DNA of 63,402 bases, the filler included, from Chiloscyllium plagiosum (taxonomy: Eukaryota): the NCBI RefSeq assembly GCF_004010195.1. It is 4 parts of one record of this genome, joined end to end, with 100 filler letters (N's around TTAATTAATTAA, not from the genome) between each part and the next. Parts side by side here need not be neighbours in the genome. Positions count along the whole stretch, not along the records: positions 1 to 28,665 come from NC_057717.1; 3 more parts are not named here. One strand, written 5' to 3'. A program made the position numbers and the translations under genes. The notes under the pieces are model-generated. The model did no database searches. It saw nothing but the letters and a program-made list of their open reading frames with translations, and was not told where the DNA came from. Positions 1 to 13,400 of this stretch are shown piece by piece; position 1 is the first letter of the stretch; each line of letters opens with the position of its first letter.

Positions 1-359
1 GTTCCCTGGATGCTGCCTGACCTGCTGCGCTTTTCCAGCAACACATTTTCAGCTCTGATCTCCAGCATCTGCAGTCCTCACTTTCTCCTCACATCTTATA
101 TCAATCGATTCAACGTTTTCATACAGAATTGCTGAATTCTGTACTTGAATCCTCCTTCTCCCAATTATAACAGATGTGAAGCACTCATTTAACAGTGTCG
201 CTAATTCTCCCTAATGCTGCCTGCCTGCACTTGTCTATGCCACTTCATCAGTCAGTCCCCTCTGTGTTGAATGTTCTAGGTTTACTTGCTATCCTTTCAG
301 ATTTATTGAAACGTAGAGAGCATTGGCTGAGTTTTGTCATCAGAAATCATGCCAAATAA

Positions 360-760
360 CAGAGAACATGGAGCAGAACAGCACAAGAACGAGTCCTTCG
401 GACGAGATTGTTGTGCCTGACATGACGCCAAATGGAAGTAATCCCTTCTGCCTGAACTTTGTCCATATCCCTTGATTGCTTGCATTATTCATATAGTTAC
501 CTAAAAGCCCAGGAAACATGTCCATCATATTTAACACTATCGCTACTCCTGACAGTGTTTTCCTGGTTCTTACTGCTCTCTGTGTAAAAATGCTCCACCC
601 CCATGTCTCTTTTGAACTTTCCTCTTCAGACTTTAAATAGATGTTCCCTTGTTTTAAACGTTTCAAATCTTGGAAAATATTTCTGACCTTCAACCTAACT
701 ATATATCTCCTAATCTTTTCAAGTCTTCCTTCTCCGATGTAGAAAATAACTCGAGACGTT
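360..760 (-). mobile_element. CR1 LINE 3' end, decayed
   Basis: Minus ORF contains FTQRAVRTR...L, resembling the CR1 C-terminal FFTQRVV..WN.L, followed by a CR1-type 3' UTR. Confidence 0.6.
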
Positions 761-799
761 ATAGCCACACCCAGGGAGGAGGGATATAGTTTCATTGGA

Positions 800-1260
800 G
801 GGATTTCAGAAGAGATTGCTGGAATATTGGATTGCCTTTCGAGATGAGGAATTTGTCCTATGAAGAATGATTGTGCAGTTCTGACTTATCCTCTCTGAGT
901 ATGGGGATGGGAGGAGAACTCACTGAGGTCTGGAAAATGTTCAAATGATTGCCAATGTAGATGTCTACTGAATATTTCCTCATGTGCAGAAATCTAAAAC
1001 TACAGATCGTAATTTTAGGATAACGCAGAGCAAATGTAAAACGGGATCAGGCGAACTTTCTTCTCTCAACGAATTGTGAATTTGTGTAATTTAGTACCCC
1101 AGAGTGCAAGGGAACTGGGATTTTTTTGTAAATGAAGGGTTATGGAGAACTTCCAGGGTGGTAAATCTGAGGCCGAAATGATATCAGCCATGATCGCAAC
1201 AAATGACACTGCAGCCTCGAGGGTCTGAATCGCCAACTGATGCACCTCGCTCTTATTCAA
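800..1260 (+). mobile_element. CR1 LINE 3' end, decayed
   Basis: LSYEE*L..L.L.. and FFSQRIVNLCN motifs plus 3' UTR. Confidence 0.6.
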
Positions 1261-1699
1261 ACATTTGAGTGTGCTGCACAGGAATGGGGGAGGACTGATT
1301 GTCAATCAGGAAGCAGCCATTTAGGATAAATCAGTCTTAATCATTTTGACACATGGCAACAAGTGGAGCCACACAGTGAAAAGTACTAGATCTTTAACTA
1401 CGTACAATCTGTATCAATGATTTAGAGGAACGGAGAAATGTACTGTAACTACGTTTGGTGACGACACGAAAAAAAGCATAAAATTAACTTGTCAAGGGAA
1501 GGTGGAGATCTGCAAATGAATATAGACAGGGCACATGAATCAATAATAGTTTGTCAGTTTTAATACATTATTATTTATAAATTTTAAGCTCAATCCTGGA
1601 AGAATTAAAGGCTTCACAATTTTTAAAGTTGAGAGAGATTACGGGAATTAGTGATACAAGGTGTATTGGAGGGTTCACTCTTTCCCGTTCTGACATCGG

Positions 1700-2330
1700 A
1701 ATTATTGTTCTATCTCCATGACGATCTAATCCCTGATGTTCCCAGTGGCCCAATTGCTTTCAGTACACAAGGGGTATTTTGATGTTGTACGTTAGCGGTG
1801 GGGAGTGGCGAGCGGGAGGTTATTTTGAACTGTGTGCCAAGGGGACTGCCTTCATCCGAGAGGTCATCTTTTCTTTCCGCAGAGAGATCCAAAGATGATG
1901 GAAATGGATGACTGCTTCTGAATGAAGATGCTGCGATGCGAACCAGGACAGCGGGCATTCACCAACATGATGTGTTGTGCATTGTAACATTCCGACATTA
2001 ATGGAGTGACAGCTCCTGCATTTCCTCGGTAGAGCCATTTTCCACTACCAGGAATCCCACCAGACTGGGAAGAAAAAGATACACTCAGCAGCTCCCTACT
2101 GAGGGAGGAATCATGATATTCACCTTATCCTCCACATATATTTTCCATCACCAAATAGTGACATTGATGTCGAAATATTGGGAAGTGATGGAATGTCACC
2201 GACTCCTGCCTGGAAAGTTCTGGATCATAGACACTGAACGAAAGTGTGAGCCCAATAGTCACTGGCTGCACCGTCCTCCATCTGGTGTGAAGTTGCGTGT
2301 TGACAGAGTTGACCACCGCCATGTGACTAG
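1700..2330 (-). mobile_element. Possible Tx1/L1-type ORF1 (ZCCHC3-like) remnant
   Basis: Fragments QNFPGRS and FG...RKEKMTSRM resemble QDFP and FGIWTSKRQVKVTLRM of fish Tx1 ORF1. Heavily decayed. Confidence 0.3.
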
Positions 2331-3136
2331 CTCATTATTCAATTAGGGTCCCCTTACAGTTTTGCCCTGGTTTAAGTGCAACATGCGAAGCAGTTCTTGG
2401 AAAAGCCAGTGTGCGTATGGCAGATCCCTTTCCCCACACACATTCACACTATGGTTTAGAGCTTTCCCACTCTGCAGGCTCTGCTCCATTTGTTGTTCGT
2501 GTCGCAGATCCAGATGCTGTAACTACAGTCCCTATGTTCTGTCCAGAGTTGGATTACCAAATATTCCGGTTTCCCTAGATTTCTGAGGCAGCTCACAGCA
2601 CAACCTTCTGCCTACCATCCCCAGTTCCTCAACAAACTTGTCAATAAGAGGATTCAGTCAGAAGTCGTTCATGTACAAGATGGATTCCTGATCCTTTACA
2701 ATCATATTTGAGGGCTTTTCTCGTGATATTGAAGGCACGATCAGCGGACAGAGGCAAACACATGCGATCAATACACAGATTCAGACCAAATTTAAAACAC
2801 ATGCCTTCAAGCTGCTGAAATTCCCTGCACAACATGGAGCACCATAAAGTCACATTGGAGTGTTAACACAGTTGAACACACACCATTTCCTTGTTTCTGA
2901 ACTTTACTTTGATGGAACTAAATAATCCATGGATACAAATAGCAAAGGTCAGGGTAACACACCTGTATGATGATACTGTGGCTGTATGAGGCGCATTTTG
3001 TCCTGTTCGACGTTGAGAGAGTTTGGGAAACAAATCTCGATATGTCTCTGAGAGGACAAACAATTTGTGTTGCCTCGGGTCGTTCATTAAGTTTGGGCAA
3101 CAGGAGCAGCCTGGGTGAGTTTGGTTAATCTCTCGC

Positions 3137-3395
3137 AGAGGAGAAAGTGAGGACTGCAGATGCTGGAGATCAGAGCTGAAAATGTATTGCTGTAAAAGCG
3201 TAGCAGGTCAGGCAGTAGCCAAGGAACAGGAGAATCGACGTTTCGGGCATAAGCCCTTCTTCAGGAATGAGGAAAGTGTGTCCAGCAGGCTAAGATAAAA
3301 GGTAGGGAGGAGGGATTTGGGGGAGGGGCGTTGGTAATGCGATAGGTGGAAGGAGGCCAAGGTGAGGGTGATAGGCTGGAGTGGGGTGGGGGCTC
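3137..3395 (-). mobile_element. PLE family A terminal repeat (related copies at 1-90, 7177-7401, 21889-22090, 24835-25055, 27518-27608, 27800-27970, 36367-36645, 44361-44455, 50108-50500, 51435-51541)
   Basis: Shared GAGAAAGTGAGGACTGCAGATGCTGGAGATCAGAGCTGAAAATGTGTTGCTGGAAAAGCGCAGCAGGTCAGGCAGCATCC...AATCGACGTTTCGGGCATAAGCCCTTCTTCAGGAAT. Confidence 0.85.
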
Positions 3396-3419
3396 TCTCT
3401 CTCTCTCTGTCTCTCTCTC

Positions 3420-3788
3420 TCTCTCTCAGTTTTCTTTCAGAATTATCTTTTGATGTTGTTTCCTCCTGGAGTGGAAAACTGCATGTAGGAAAATGCATTT
3501 TCTGAATTTCCCTTTTACCAAAGTGTGTTTATGGGATGTAAACATATTGGAACAGTTGATATCAGAAGAATAGTCTATGTTTTACAGAGAAAGTTTTCAA
3601 AATGAATTAAGTTCTTCCAAGTTCTTCTTTCTTTTGTTGTGTTTTAAATATAGTATTTGAATAATTTGTGTTTTGCTTGATTATGAATAGTCTGACCAAT
3701 TGAATTGCATCTCTCTTTTAGTAAAACAACAAAAGTGTTTCTGCTTGTTACCTTCTATATGCATTTTGAGTGGTTCTGTTTCATAACA
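3420..3788 (+). mobile_element. Solo-LTR-like element, 3' part
   Basis: Shares TTTT.CCAA.GTGTGTTTA and a terminal ...AGTGG..TG...ATAACA with the copies at about 9330-9906 and 55540-56347. Confidence 0.5.
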
Positions 3789-4129
3789 AGAGGGACTGGT
3801 TTTTGCATCAAGTTGGATAATTGGATAATTACTTATTGTTACACATGTTGAAGAATGATCGGGTTTGCCAGAAGGATAAGGCAAGATGGACGGGGGCGAT
3901 TTTGGAGGGTCGATTCAGAAGAATGAGAACATAACATATATGTGCAGCACAGAAGCTAAAATGCTGAAATTATATCACATTCTCATCCACTTCACATATC
4001 CACTTAGAAAACTGTAATGGCAGCTCAGATATATATGCTCAGAACACTGTGTAGATCAAACAAGTGTACTGCTCAATAAGGCCTGGAAATCTGAACACAG
4101 TAGAACATTGTGTAGGCCTCACATGGTCA

Positions 4130-6445
4130 CTAGCTAACTATCGAGCGGGGAAGCTGTATCTGTGTTCAGCTGCAGTTCTTGTTTGACTGCATGACGGCTT
4201 TTGAACTGCGTATTGACTCACTGTGGAGCATCCACGATGCTGAGGAGGTCGTGGATAGTACGTTTAATGAATTGGTCATACCACAGAGTAGGTTGTTGAG
4301 AGAGAGACAGTGAGTAGGTGAACAAAAGGCAGACAAAGAGTTGGAAAGCAGTGTCGGTGTTTCCTGCGGTCATCTCCATCCAAAACAAGTATACCGTTTT
4401 GGATATTGTAGAGGAAGATGGTTCACCAGGGAGGGCAGCAATTACCAGGACCATGGCACCATGGTTGGCACTGCTGCTCAGAATGGCGGGAAAAAGACTC
4501 TTGGCGGCACAGTTATAAGGGATTCTATTGTAAAGAGAGCAGAGAGGCGTTTATGTGGATGAAAACGACACTCCTGGATAGTATGTTGCTCGGGACAGGG
4601 ATGTCACCAATCAGTGCATCCTGAAAGAGGAGGATGAACGGCCAGAAGTCATGGTGCACGTAGGAACCAATAATATAAGTATTAAAACGAAATGAGGGCC
4701 TGAAAGCACAATTCAGGGAGCGAGGACAAAAGTTAAAGTGGAGAATCTCAACTGTCGTGATCTCGGGATTGCTACCACTGCCAGGAGCTAGCCAAGGCTG
4801 AACACGTGGCTTGGGAAATGGTGCAGGAGGAAGGTGGTCATACTTGTGGAACGTTGAAACTGGTTCTGTGGAACGTTGAAATTTTACAATTGGATGGTCT
4901 GCACCTGAACCAGACTGTAGCTGATGGTCTTGAAGGAGTTTCTGCTACTGCTGATGGGAGGTATAACACTAAAGTGGCACGGGGCTGGGAACCAGAAGAG
5001 AAGACTAGTAGATAGTGAGGTGGAAGATAAAGATTGTGAGGATCATGAAATTAGCATTACCAAGGGAAGAGTAGGCAGAGAGCAGACGAAGGCAAAAGAA
5101 CTGGTACCTGAATTGCATACTTTAATGAAAGGAGTATCGTGGGTAAGGCAGATGAACATAACTTTTGAATTGGTGCCTGGGGGTATGACATTATTGTGAT
5201 CGCAGAGACTTGGTTGAAGGAAGGACATGATTGGCAATTAAATGTTCCAGGACATAGATGCTTCAGACCGAACAGGGATGGAAGTAAAAGATGGGGAGAG
5301 AGGAGTTGCATTCGCTGATCACTGACGATACCACGGCTGTTCGAAAGGAGGACACAATGGAGGCCTTGAGGAGTGAGGCATTGCGGGAAGAGCTGCGAAA
5401 TAAGAAGTGTTCAGTTACATTGTTGCAGCTGTAATACAGGTCTCCCAGCAGTGAGTGTGAGGTAGAAGAACAAATAAGTAAACATATTATGGAAAGCTGT
5501 AGAAGGAACAGAGTGGTAATTTTCCCAACACTGACTGGCATGCACTTCATGTCAGAGGTCAGAGTGGGACAGAATTTGCAAGGAGCGTCCAGGCAAGTTT
5601 TCTGGAGCAGTGAGTCGATATTCCGACGAGCGAACAGGCAACGTTGGACCTGGTGTTGGGGAATGAGTTAGATCAGGTTGTAGAAGTTGCAATGGGGGTT
5701 TTCTTTGAGCGTAGTGATCACAATTCTGCAAGTTTTAGAATATTCTTCGACAAAGATGAGAGTGATCCTAAGGGAAAATTACTAAACTCTGCCAAGAACA
5801 ATTATATCAAACGTCAGAAGCAACTGGCAGATGTGGATTGGGATCAGCTATTTGAATGGAAGTCCAAATTTGATATGTGGGAGGGTTTCAAAGTTCTGTT
5901 AAAGATCGTGCAGCATGTTCGTTTGAAAACAAGGGATAGCAAAGACAAAATTTGTGAACCGTGGATGACAGGAGAAATCGTACGACTATCCAAAAGGAAA
6001 AGAGAAGCGTGCGTAAGGTTCAGGCAGCTAAGAACAGAACGAGTCCTGGAGGTATATCAGGAGGGTAGGACCAATTTTAAACGAGTAATCAAGCGGGCTA
6101 AAAGGGCCATGAAACAACTTTAGTGAACAGAATTAAGGATAATCTCAAGGTCGTTTATTTTTATATCAGAAGCAAGACGGTAACTAGAGAAATTATTGGT
6201 ATACTTAAGAGTAACGAACGAAGATTGTGTGTCGAATATGAGAAACTGGGTGAGATTCTGAATGGTTACTTTGCCTCAGTACTCACTGAGGTGAGTGACA
6301 CCATGAATGTAGAAATTAGAGATAAAAGCTTGTTTTCTCTGGATCACGTTGACATAAGGAGGGAAGATGTTTTGGGTAGGCTGAAGGGTATCAAGGTGCA
6401 AAAAATCCCCAGGATTTGATGGGATCTATCCCAGGGTGCTGAGTG
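4130..6445 (+). mobile_element. CR1 LINE, ORF1 (esterase-like) and ORF2 endonuclease/tether, decayed
   Basis: VIRDSIVK (GDS motif), VHVGTN, DLVLGNELDQV...SDHN, EPWMTGEI. Confidence 0.85.
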
Positions 6446-6879
6446 AGGCGAGAGAGCACTGTTTAGGTGTTGTGTAGTGGGTAGCACCCATGCCTCTGAT
6501 CCATAGCTTAGGATTTGTTTCCAATTCCTGATCTTGTGGTAGTTTTCGTTTCTCTGGACGAGAAAGTACTGACTCAAGCTTTGTCTGTCGTGGAGATGTA
6601 CCACAGCATGTCGGATCAGATAGATGAAAACCACACATTGGGGAATAATTTTTCACATTTCGGGGTTATTGCTGATTGGTCGGACAGTTACACCTCTGGG
6701 CTCAAAAGGCTAGATTCAACCCCTACAGACGCGTTTTATAACATACATGAACACTTTGACTAAAACGATTCTATAATTGTGACTTGATCGAGAAGAAAGA
6801 GATGTCAGTATTAGATTTCAGAATTTCGCCCCTGGATGACTCAAACCACAGCCATTCGTGTTGACTGCAGTCAACCGTA

Positions 6880-7175
6880 CACCTTATAGATGTTTATAAA
6901 TTCATGAAGGGCATAGGTAGGTTGAACAGTCAAACGGTATTCCCCACAATTAAGGGGGTCCAAATGTAGACGCCAAGAGTTTAGGTCAGACGTAGCGATT
7001 TATGAGGGACCTAAAGGATAAAGTTAACATGCAGAGAAAAGTGTGCATATTTAATAGCCTGCCAGGGGATGTATTGGAGGCTGGAAAAATTATAACATTT
7101 AAAATGTATCTGGATTAGCATATGAAAAGGAAGGGTTTATAGGAATATGAGCCAAATGGTGGCAAATAGCACTAT
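6880..7175 (+). mobile_element. CR1 LINE 3' fragment
   Basis: LIDVYKFMKGIGR.. and CR1 C-terminal region. Confidence 0.65.
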
Positions 7176-9329
7176 GAGGAGAAAGTGAGAGTTGCAGATG
7201 CTGGAGATCAGAGCTGAAAATGTGTTGCTGGAAAAGTGCAGCAGGTCAGGCAGCATCCAAGGAGCAGGAGAATCAACGTTTCGGGCATGAGCCTGAAACG
7301 TCGATTCTCCTTCTCCTTTCGATGCTCCCTGACGTGCTGCGCTTTTCCAGCAACACATTTTTAAGCTCTGACCTCCAGCATTTGCAGTCCTAACTTTCTC
7401 CTTTAAAATTAAGAGGTCTGCCATTGAAGATGAAGATAAAAAATGTTAATTTGTCATGCGAGCTGTGCTGTCCGTGGTGTTTTCATAACGAGGAAGCAGT
7501 GAAGACTGAGGAATTTGATCTCGATTGACCTTTGAGAGGTAGGAGTGTCAAAGGTTACTGGGAATAGACAGGAAAGGGGTATTCGACCACAGTCAGAACG
7601 GACATGATCTTTCTAAAGAAAGCAGCATGCTCGAGGGTCCGAACGGCCAACTGTTGTTCTGAACCCATGCGTTTCTCTCTCTCTCCCACGCTTCCAGGAT
7701 ATGACAGAATTTGAGGAATATTACAATGAGACANNNNNNNNNNNNNNNNNNNNNNNNNNNNNNNNNNNNNNNNNNNNNNNNNNNNNNNNNNNNNNNNNNN
7801 NNNNNNNNNNNNNNNNNNNNNNNNNNNNNNNNNNNNNNNNNNNNNNNNNNNNNNNNNNNNNNNNNNNNNNNNNNNNNNNNNNNNNNNNNNNNNNNNNNNN
7901 NNNNNNNNNNNNNNNNNNNNNNNNNNNNNNNNNNNNNNNNNNNNNNNNNNNNNNNNNNNNNNNNNNNNNNNNNNNNNNNNNNNNNNNNNNNNNNNNNNNN
8001 NNNNNNNNNNNNNNNNNNNNNNNNNNNNNNNNNNNNNNNNNNNNNNNNNNNNNNNNNNNNNNNNNNNNNNNNNNNNNNNNNNNNNNNNNNNNNNNNNNNN
8101 NNNNNNNNNNNNNNNNNNNNNNNNNNNNNNNNNNNNNNNNNNNNNNNNNNNNNNNNNNNNNNNNNNNNNNNNNNNNNNNNNNNNNNNNNNNNNNNNNNNN
8201 NNNNNNNNNNNNNNNNNNNNNNNNNNNNNNNNNNNNNNNNNNNNNNNNNNNNNNNNNNNNNNNNNNNNNNNNNNNNNNNNNNNNNNNNNNNNNNNNNNNN
8301 NNNNNNNNNNNNNNNNNNNNNNNNNNNNNNNNNNNNNNNNNNNNNNNNNNNNNNNNNNNNNNNNNNNNNNNNNNNNNNNNNNAAAACGAAATAAAAACAC
8401 AATTGCTTTAGAAACTTCTCAGGGATGTTTCTCTTTGCTCGGTCTTAGCATAAAGGCACAATGTTATGAAGGGTGAATTGCTTAGACCTGAGAATGAACA
8501 AAAGTTCTTCTTGATCATATAAGGACTTGAAGAGAGCGTAGTTGGTTAATAACGATGAATAGTTCCTTTTGTATGGGAGAATAAAACCAAGTGAAATAAT
8601 TTAAGAATTCGATGCATTAAATTTAAAAGAGATATTGTGAAAGCATTGAGCTTTTATGATGAAATTACGCTTCACATATAAAGACATCTTCGAATCATGT
8701 GGGGAAATTTCGTAAAGAGAAAATGGCTCTGTGTATGGCCGCAGCAAATATGTACCGACATGGATCAGTGAATGTGATGGAGTCATATTGTTCGAACAGT
8801 GTTCAAGGATACCTCACACTGTCCACTTTGGGATCAGGTAATATGTGTGATTCAACTCCGTGAGGAGAGAAATTTAACCTTGCTAAGAAGAGAAAGTATA
8901 TTGCGCCCTATCTCTTTTCTTGTTCCTCCTCACAGCATTGCGTGCAATCTAAAATATCTTATTACACATGTTTACCATTCGTGGAGGATTCACACTGACT
9001 ATTTATTGGAATCTCACCACGGCTTGATGCAAAGTGAATTCAGCCGAATCCAATTATTCCGGGAAGAAATCCCTTTGACAGTAGTTTCTATGAGCAGAAT
9101 AACTTCAGAGGCAGAATAACATTTGAAATAATTTCTCAGTTTTCCTTCTGGGGTGAGCTCTACCAATATTCGGCCAAATTTCTTTCAAGTTAACACTCTG
9201 CATATTTTGCTTTTTTGTTCGACATCAGACGTATATGTGTGTGTATGTGTGAGAGAGAGAGAGAGAGAGGGAGAGAGGGAGGGAGAGAGACAGACTTTGT
9301 GTATGTGGGCCTGCGAGCGTGACAGACGA

Positions 9330-9906
9330 TGTATTGTGACGATGTTCGCACTTTATACCAAGACTATTTTTAAAGAGAGTTTGAAAAATAGTAGTGCAGA
9401 AATTTGGATTAGAACAATGGCAGGGGAGAGGCCAATTCTCCCGGTTTAAGTTTTTTTTCAGCTCGGCTCAATTTTAGTAAAGAAGCTGCTTGTAGCACAG
9501 AAGTTGTTGCTGATTTAAAAAAAAAAGATTCCAAGCATCAAAAGCTGATTCTTGCCTGTTTTTTTCTCTCTGACATCTCTCGTGCCTCTGAGAAACTGTA
9601 CTCAGTTTACATTTTGCCAATGGGTGTGTTTACACGATGATAAGGGAATTGCAGCAGCAACTTAGATAATTTTCTGAATCAAGTAAGTTGAGCTCTCAAA
9701 GAGTTAATTATTCTGAATTCTATTCTCATTTGTTATTATTTGCAATGTAGTACTTAGTTAAATTCTGCTTTGCTGAAAGTCAAGTGGTTTTACCAGCTAT
9801 CATATCCTGAATACACACTTCAAATCGGCTTTACAATCAGAAAGAAAATTAACGTCAGACGACCTTCTTAACATACTTTAAGTGGTTCTGGTCTGGTCTA
9901 TAACAG
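9330..9906 (+). mobile_element. Solo-LTR-like element, same family
   Basis: Ends GTGGTTCTGGTCTGGTCTATAACA and shares internal motifs with the other two copies. The left boundary is approximate. Confidence 0.5.
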
Positions 9907-10007
9907 TTCTATTGGTGTGTGTGTTTATGTGTGTGATGTTTGTGAATCTGTCCGTGTGTTTCTATGCGGGAGTTTGTATGTGTGTTTGTCTAAGTGACTT
10001 TGTGTAA

Positions 10008-10097
<90 letters not shown>

Positions 10098-10235
10098 TCT
10101 GGTCTATAACAGTTGTATTTGTGTGTGTATTTATGTGTGTGATGTTTGTGAATCAGTCCGTGTGTTTCTATGCGGGATTTTGTATGTCTGTTTGTCTAAG
10201 TTACTTTGTGTGTATGTGTGTGTGTGTGTGTGTGC
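9890..10235. repeat. About 206-bp tandem duplication including a (TG)n microsatellite
   Basis: GGTCTGGTCTATAACAGTT... begins at 9890 and again at 10096; pure (TG)n at about 10014-10096. Confidence 0.85.
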
Positions 10236-10559
10236 AGGTGTGCGCGTGTGTTTTGTCTTTCTATGTGTTTGACTGTCTATCTGTGTGAGTTTGCGGTATG
10301 TGTGTAGATTTACAGTATTTTTAGGAAGAGAATCATCAATGTATATTTTTGCAATATCTAATTTGTTGGTCATTCATCTTTCCATCATATTTAGATTAAC
10401 TTTGCTTTGGTCATAAACTTGTGATTTTATCAGATTAAAGAATCCTGCCTGACATTTTCTTCACAATGAAACTGACGCAGACTCATAACAATTTACTAAC
10501 CACATCACCAAAGTTGCGACTTTGAAAATTTATTATGATCAATGGAAGAATTGGACGAG

Positions 10560-12065
10560 AAACCGAAACAGTGCCCGGAAAAATCAAGAAACTAAATATC
10601 GCTGAGCCTGGCATCAGTGTTCGGTAAGTTGCTGGAGCGGAGTTTGAGGGGCACGATTTAAATGTATTTGGGAAGGTAAGGACTTATAAGGGGTAGTCAG
10701 CATGGCCTTGCGTGTGGGTAATTGTCACTGACTTTAGTCTTTTTTAAATTATTGCCAAAGAATATTGATGATGGCAGTGTGGTACATGTTGTTTTAGTGG
10801 TACTCAGCAAAGCTTCAGACATATTTCGCATGGTAGACAGATTATTAAGGTTAGGTCAGACTGGTTATTAAGGTTGGAATAAGGTAGAAAACGGTGAATG
10901 GTGAAAGAGTAATATTTTTCAGATTGCAGGCTTGTGACCAGTGGTATGCTACAAAACTTAGTGCTGAGTTCACTGCTTTTCATTATTTGTGAAAATGATT
11001 TGTGTATGAATATCACATGCATGGTTAGGAATTTTGCAAATTACATCAAAATAGTTTGTGTAGTGGACAGCAAAGATTATCCCAATGCAACGGGATCTTT
11101 ATGAACAAGACCAATTGGCCAAGAATTGGCAGGTAGAGTCTAAATTGGATAAGTGAAGTTTTGCATTTTGTAAAGACAAACCAGTCCAAAACTTAAACAG
11201 TTAATGGTACATTCCTGGCGAGTCTTGCTGAACACAGAAGTCTTGGAGTGCTGTTTCAGAGATCCTTGAAAGTAGAGTCGCAGGTTTACAGATTACTGAG
11301 AAGACGTTTGGCAAGCTTGCCTTCAAATGTCAGCGCATTGAGTATAGGAGTTCTGATGATAAGGTGCAGGTAAGCAGGATACGAGTGAGGTCATTTACCG
11401 ATTAGGGAGTACAATTCAGTTGGCTCTGATAAAGTAATTATGTTGCTAAACTTGAGGGGGTGCAGCAAAGATTTACAAGGATATTACTGGTAAGGGATGT
11501 TTTGAGCTACAGGGAGAGGACGAATATTTTGCGGCATTGCATTTTCCATGGGGTGTCAGAGTTTGAGGTGTGTCCCTACAGAAGTTGATAATAAAATCAT
11601 GAGAGGTAAGGGTAGAGTAAATAGACAATGACATCTTCCACCTGCGTGGAGATATTCAAAATTAGAAGGTATAACTTTCATGTGAGAGAGGAAAGTTTTA
11701 AAAAGGACCTCAGGGACAAAGTTTTCACGTGGACGGTGGTGGGTGTATAGAATGAGGTGCCAGATGAACTTGTGGAGGCTGGTACAATTACATTTAAAAC
11801 GCATCTATACGGGTACATGTACTGGATGGACCTAGATAGATATGGGCCAATTACTGGCAAATGTGACTAAATTAATTTAGAAATTGTTTGGCAAATTGTA
11901 TGTCCGAAACGTCGATTCCCCTGCTCCTTGGATGCTGCCTGACCTGCTGCGCTTTTCCAGCAATACATTTTTCAGCTCTGCTGTCCAACATCTGCAGTTC
12001 TCACTTTCTCCTGGCAAAGAGAAGTTGGACTGAAGATTTCTGTTTCCGTGCTACATGTCTCTCTA
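10560..12065 (+). mobile_element. CR1 LINE RT to 3' end, with PLE mini-insert at about 11896-12011
   Basis: SQHG, VTSG..Q.LVL, C-terminal FTWTVVGV; TGGCAAA duplicated at 11889-95 and 12012-18. Confidence 0.8.
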
Positions 12066-13179
12066 AGAGGGATTAAGAGAAATTCCAAAATTAATTTAGA
12101 TGGAAAATTCCCTTCCATAGTTGTTTCTGGCGCCCCTTTGTTTACATTTATTGTGCTAGTTCAACGTTTTACAGAGTATTGAGTCATGGATAATGGGATA
12201 CAGATTGGCACCTGGCGCTGCGTCCACAACCTGATTAGCCACGATCTTAGTGCCTGATGGAGAATGCTCAAAGTGTCTAATGACCGACTCCTACTCCTCA
12301 GTCCTATATTCACATGTTTCGCTCAGCCCCTCAACCTGAAAGAGAGGAGCAGTTGCAAGTTCCTTGTTCCTTAGCTTGATGCACAGAAGCAGAGGAGGCT
12401 ATTCAAAAGAACAAAACTGTCACACGGTTTCACTCGGTTTAGAAAAAATAATGGAAAATCGACGTTGTGTATGAAAGAACTCCCTCATCTCTCTTTACAA
12501 AGGTCCCCTTCTCCAGAATATGATTCATTTGGTAGTCATGGTATAGACCCACAAACACTATATATGTAGGCCACATAACTCACCCAGAGATGGTTCACAA
12601 AATCCCCTGGTCTCTCTGACTACAAAAAGCAATAATATAACTTCCTGGAAAGTAGCAAACACGAAATTTCCAATAACACAATATGAGCACAGTAGAAACA
12701 GGAGCATGGCGTTTGCCCTCGCACCACGCCAAGCATGCATTGTCCTTCACTTAACTAATGGCTGTTCTGCTCTTGGTCTTTAATGCTATTAAATACCAAA
12801 TTCTTCATCACACCCAACTCTCTGTCCTGTCAAATATTCTCTTTCTCCTCTTTCAGTACTTTCAGTAATCTCAATCACGAACTGTTTGGTCGAGAGAGTT
12901 TCTCACATTTGTTAGTCTGTTTGAAGAAAACAGACCCTGCTCCTACTTCATAACCTATTGATATGAGTAAATGAGAGAGATGCAGTGTGTCAGGGAACTG
13001 CGACACCCCCTGATATCCAGACGGCATTTGAGTGAGGATGGCATCAAGGAAGCTGAACAAAATTGAGCTAAATCATAATCAGTTGGTAAAACTCCCCCCC
13101 GCTGGAGTGATTTAAAGCACGAAGGACAAATGTTTTGCTCATGGACGTTAATAATCATAGTGCGGGTACATCTGTGCAG

Positions 13180-13400
13180 GAGATTCTCAGGCTTGGTTCC
13201 ACAGCACACAAGCATCTTTAGCTGCTTCATCAATGTCTTCCCCGTCTTAGGGTCAGAAATGGGGATATTCACTGAAGATTACACAATGTTCAGAATGAAA
13301 ATTCACTTCTTAACTCCTGAAACAATCTGCATCGACTTGCACCAAGACTTGGGCAACGTTCAAGCTAATACTGTTAATGTATACGCAACTGTAATGTAAC
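13180..13400 (+). mobile_element. LINE RT fragment of a second CR1/L2-group family (related pieces at about 23290-23867 and 25490-25770)
   Basis: SIFSCFINVFP.LGSEMGIFTEDYTMF resembles IFSCFINDLP..RSEVGMFADDC. Confidence 0.6.

Noticed and set aside
7177..7401. DNA-transposon MITE interpretation of the short inverted elements
   Set aside because: The arms match PLE terminal repeats contiguous with GIY-YIG coding sequence elsewhere in the window, and TSD lengths vary.
7555..8411. Long ORFs crossing N gaps (also about 41983-42710 and 54741-55643)
   Set aside because: Their length comes from X residues.
9994..10288. Cys/Val- or His/Thr-rich ORFs (also about 22112, 24339, 35694, 59549)
   Set aside because: Translations of (TG)n/(CA)n microsatellites.
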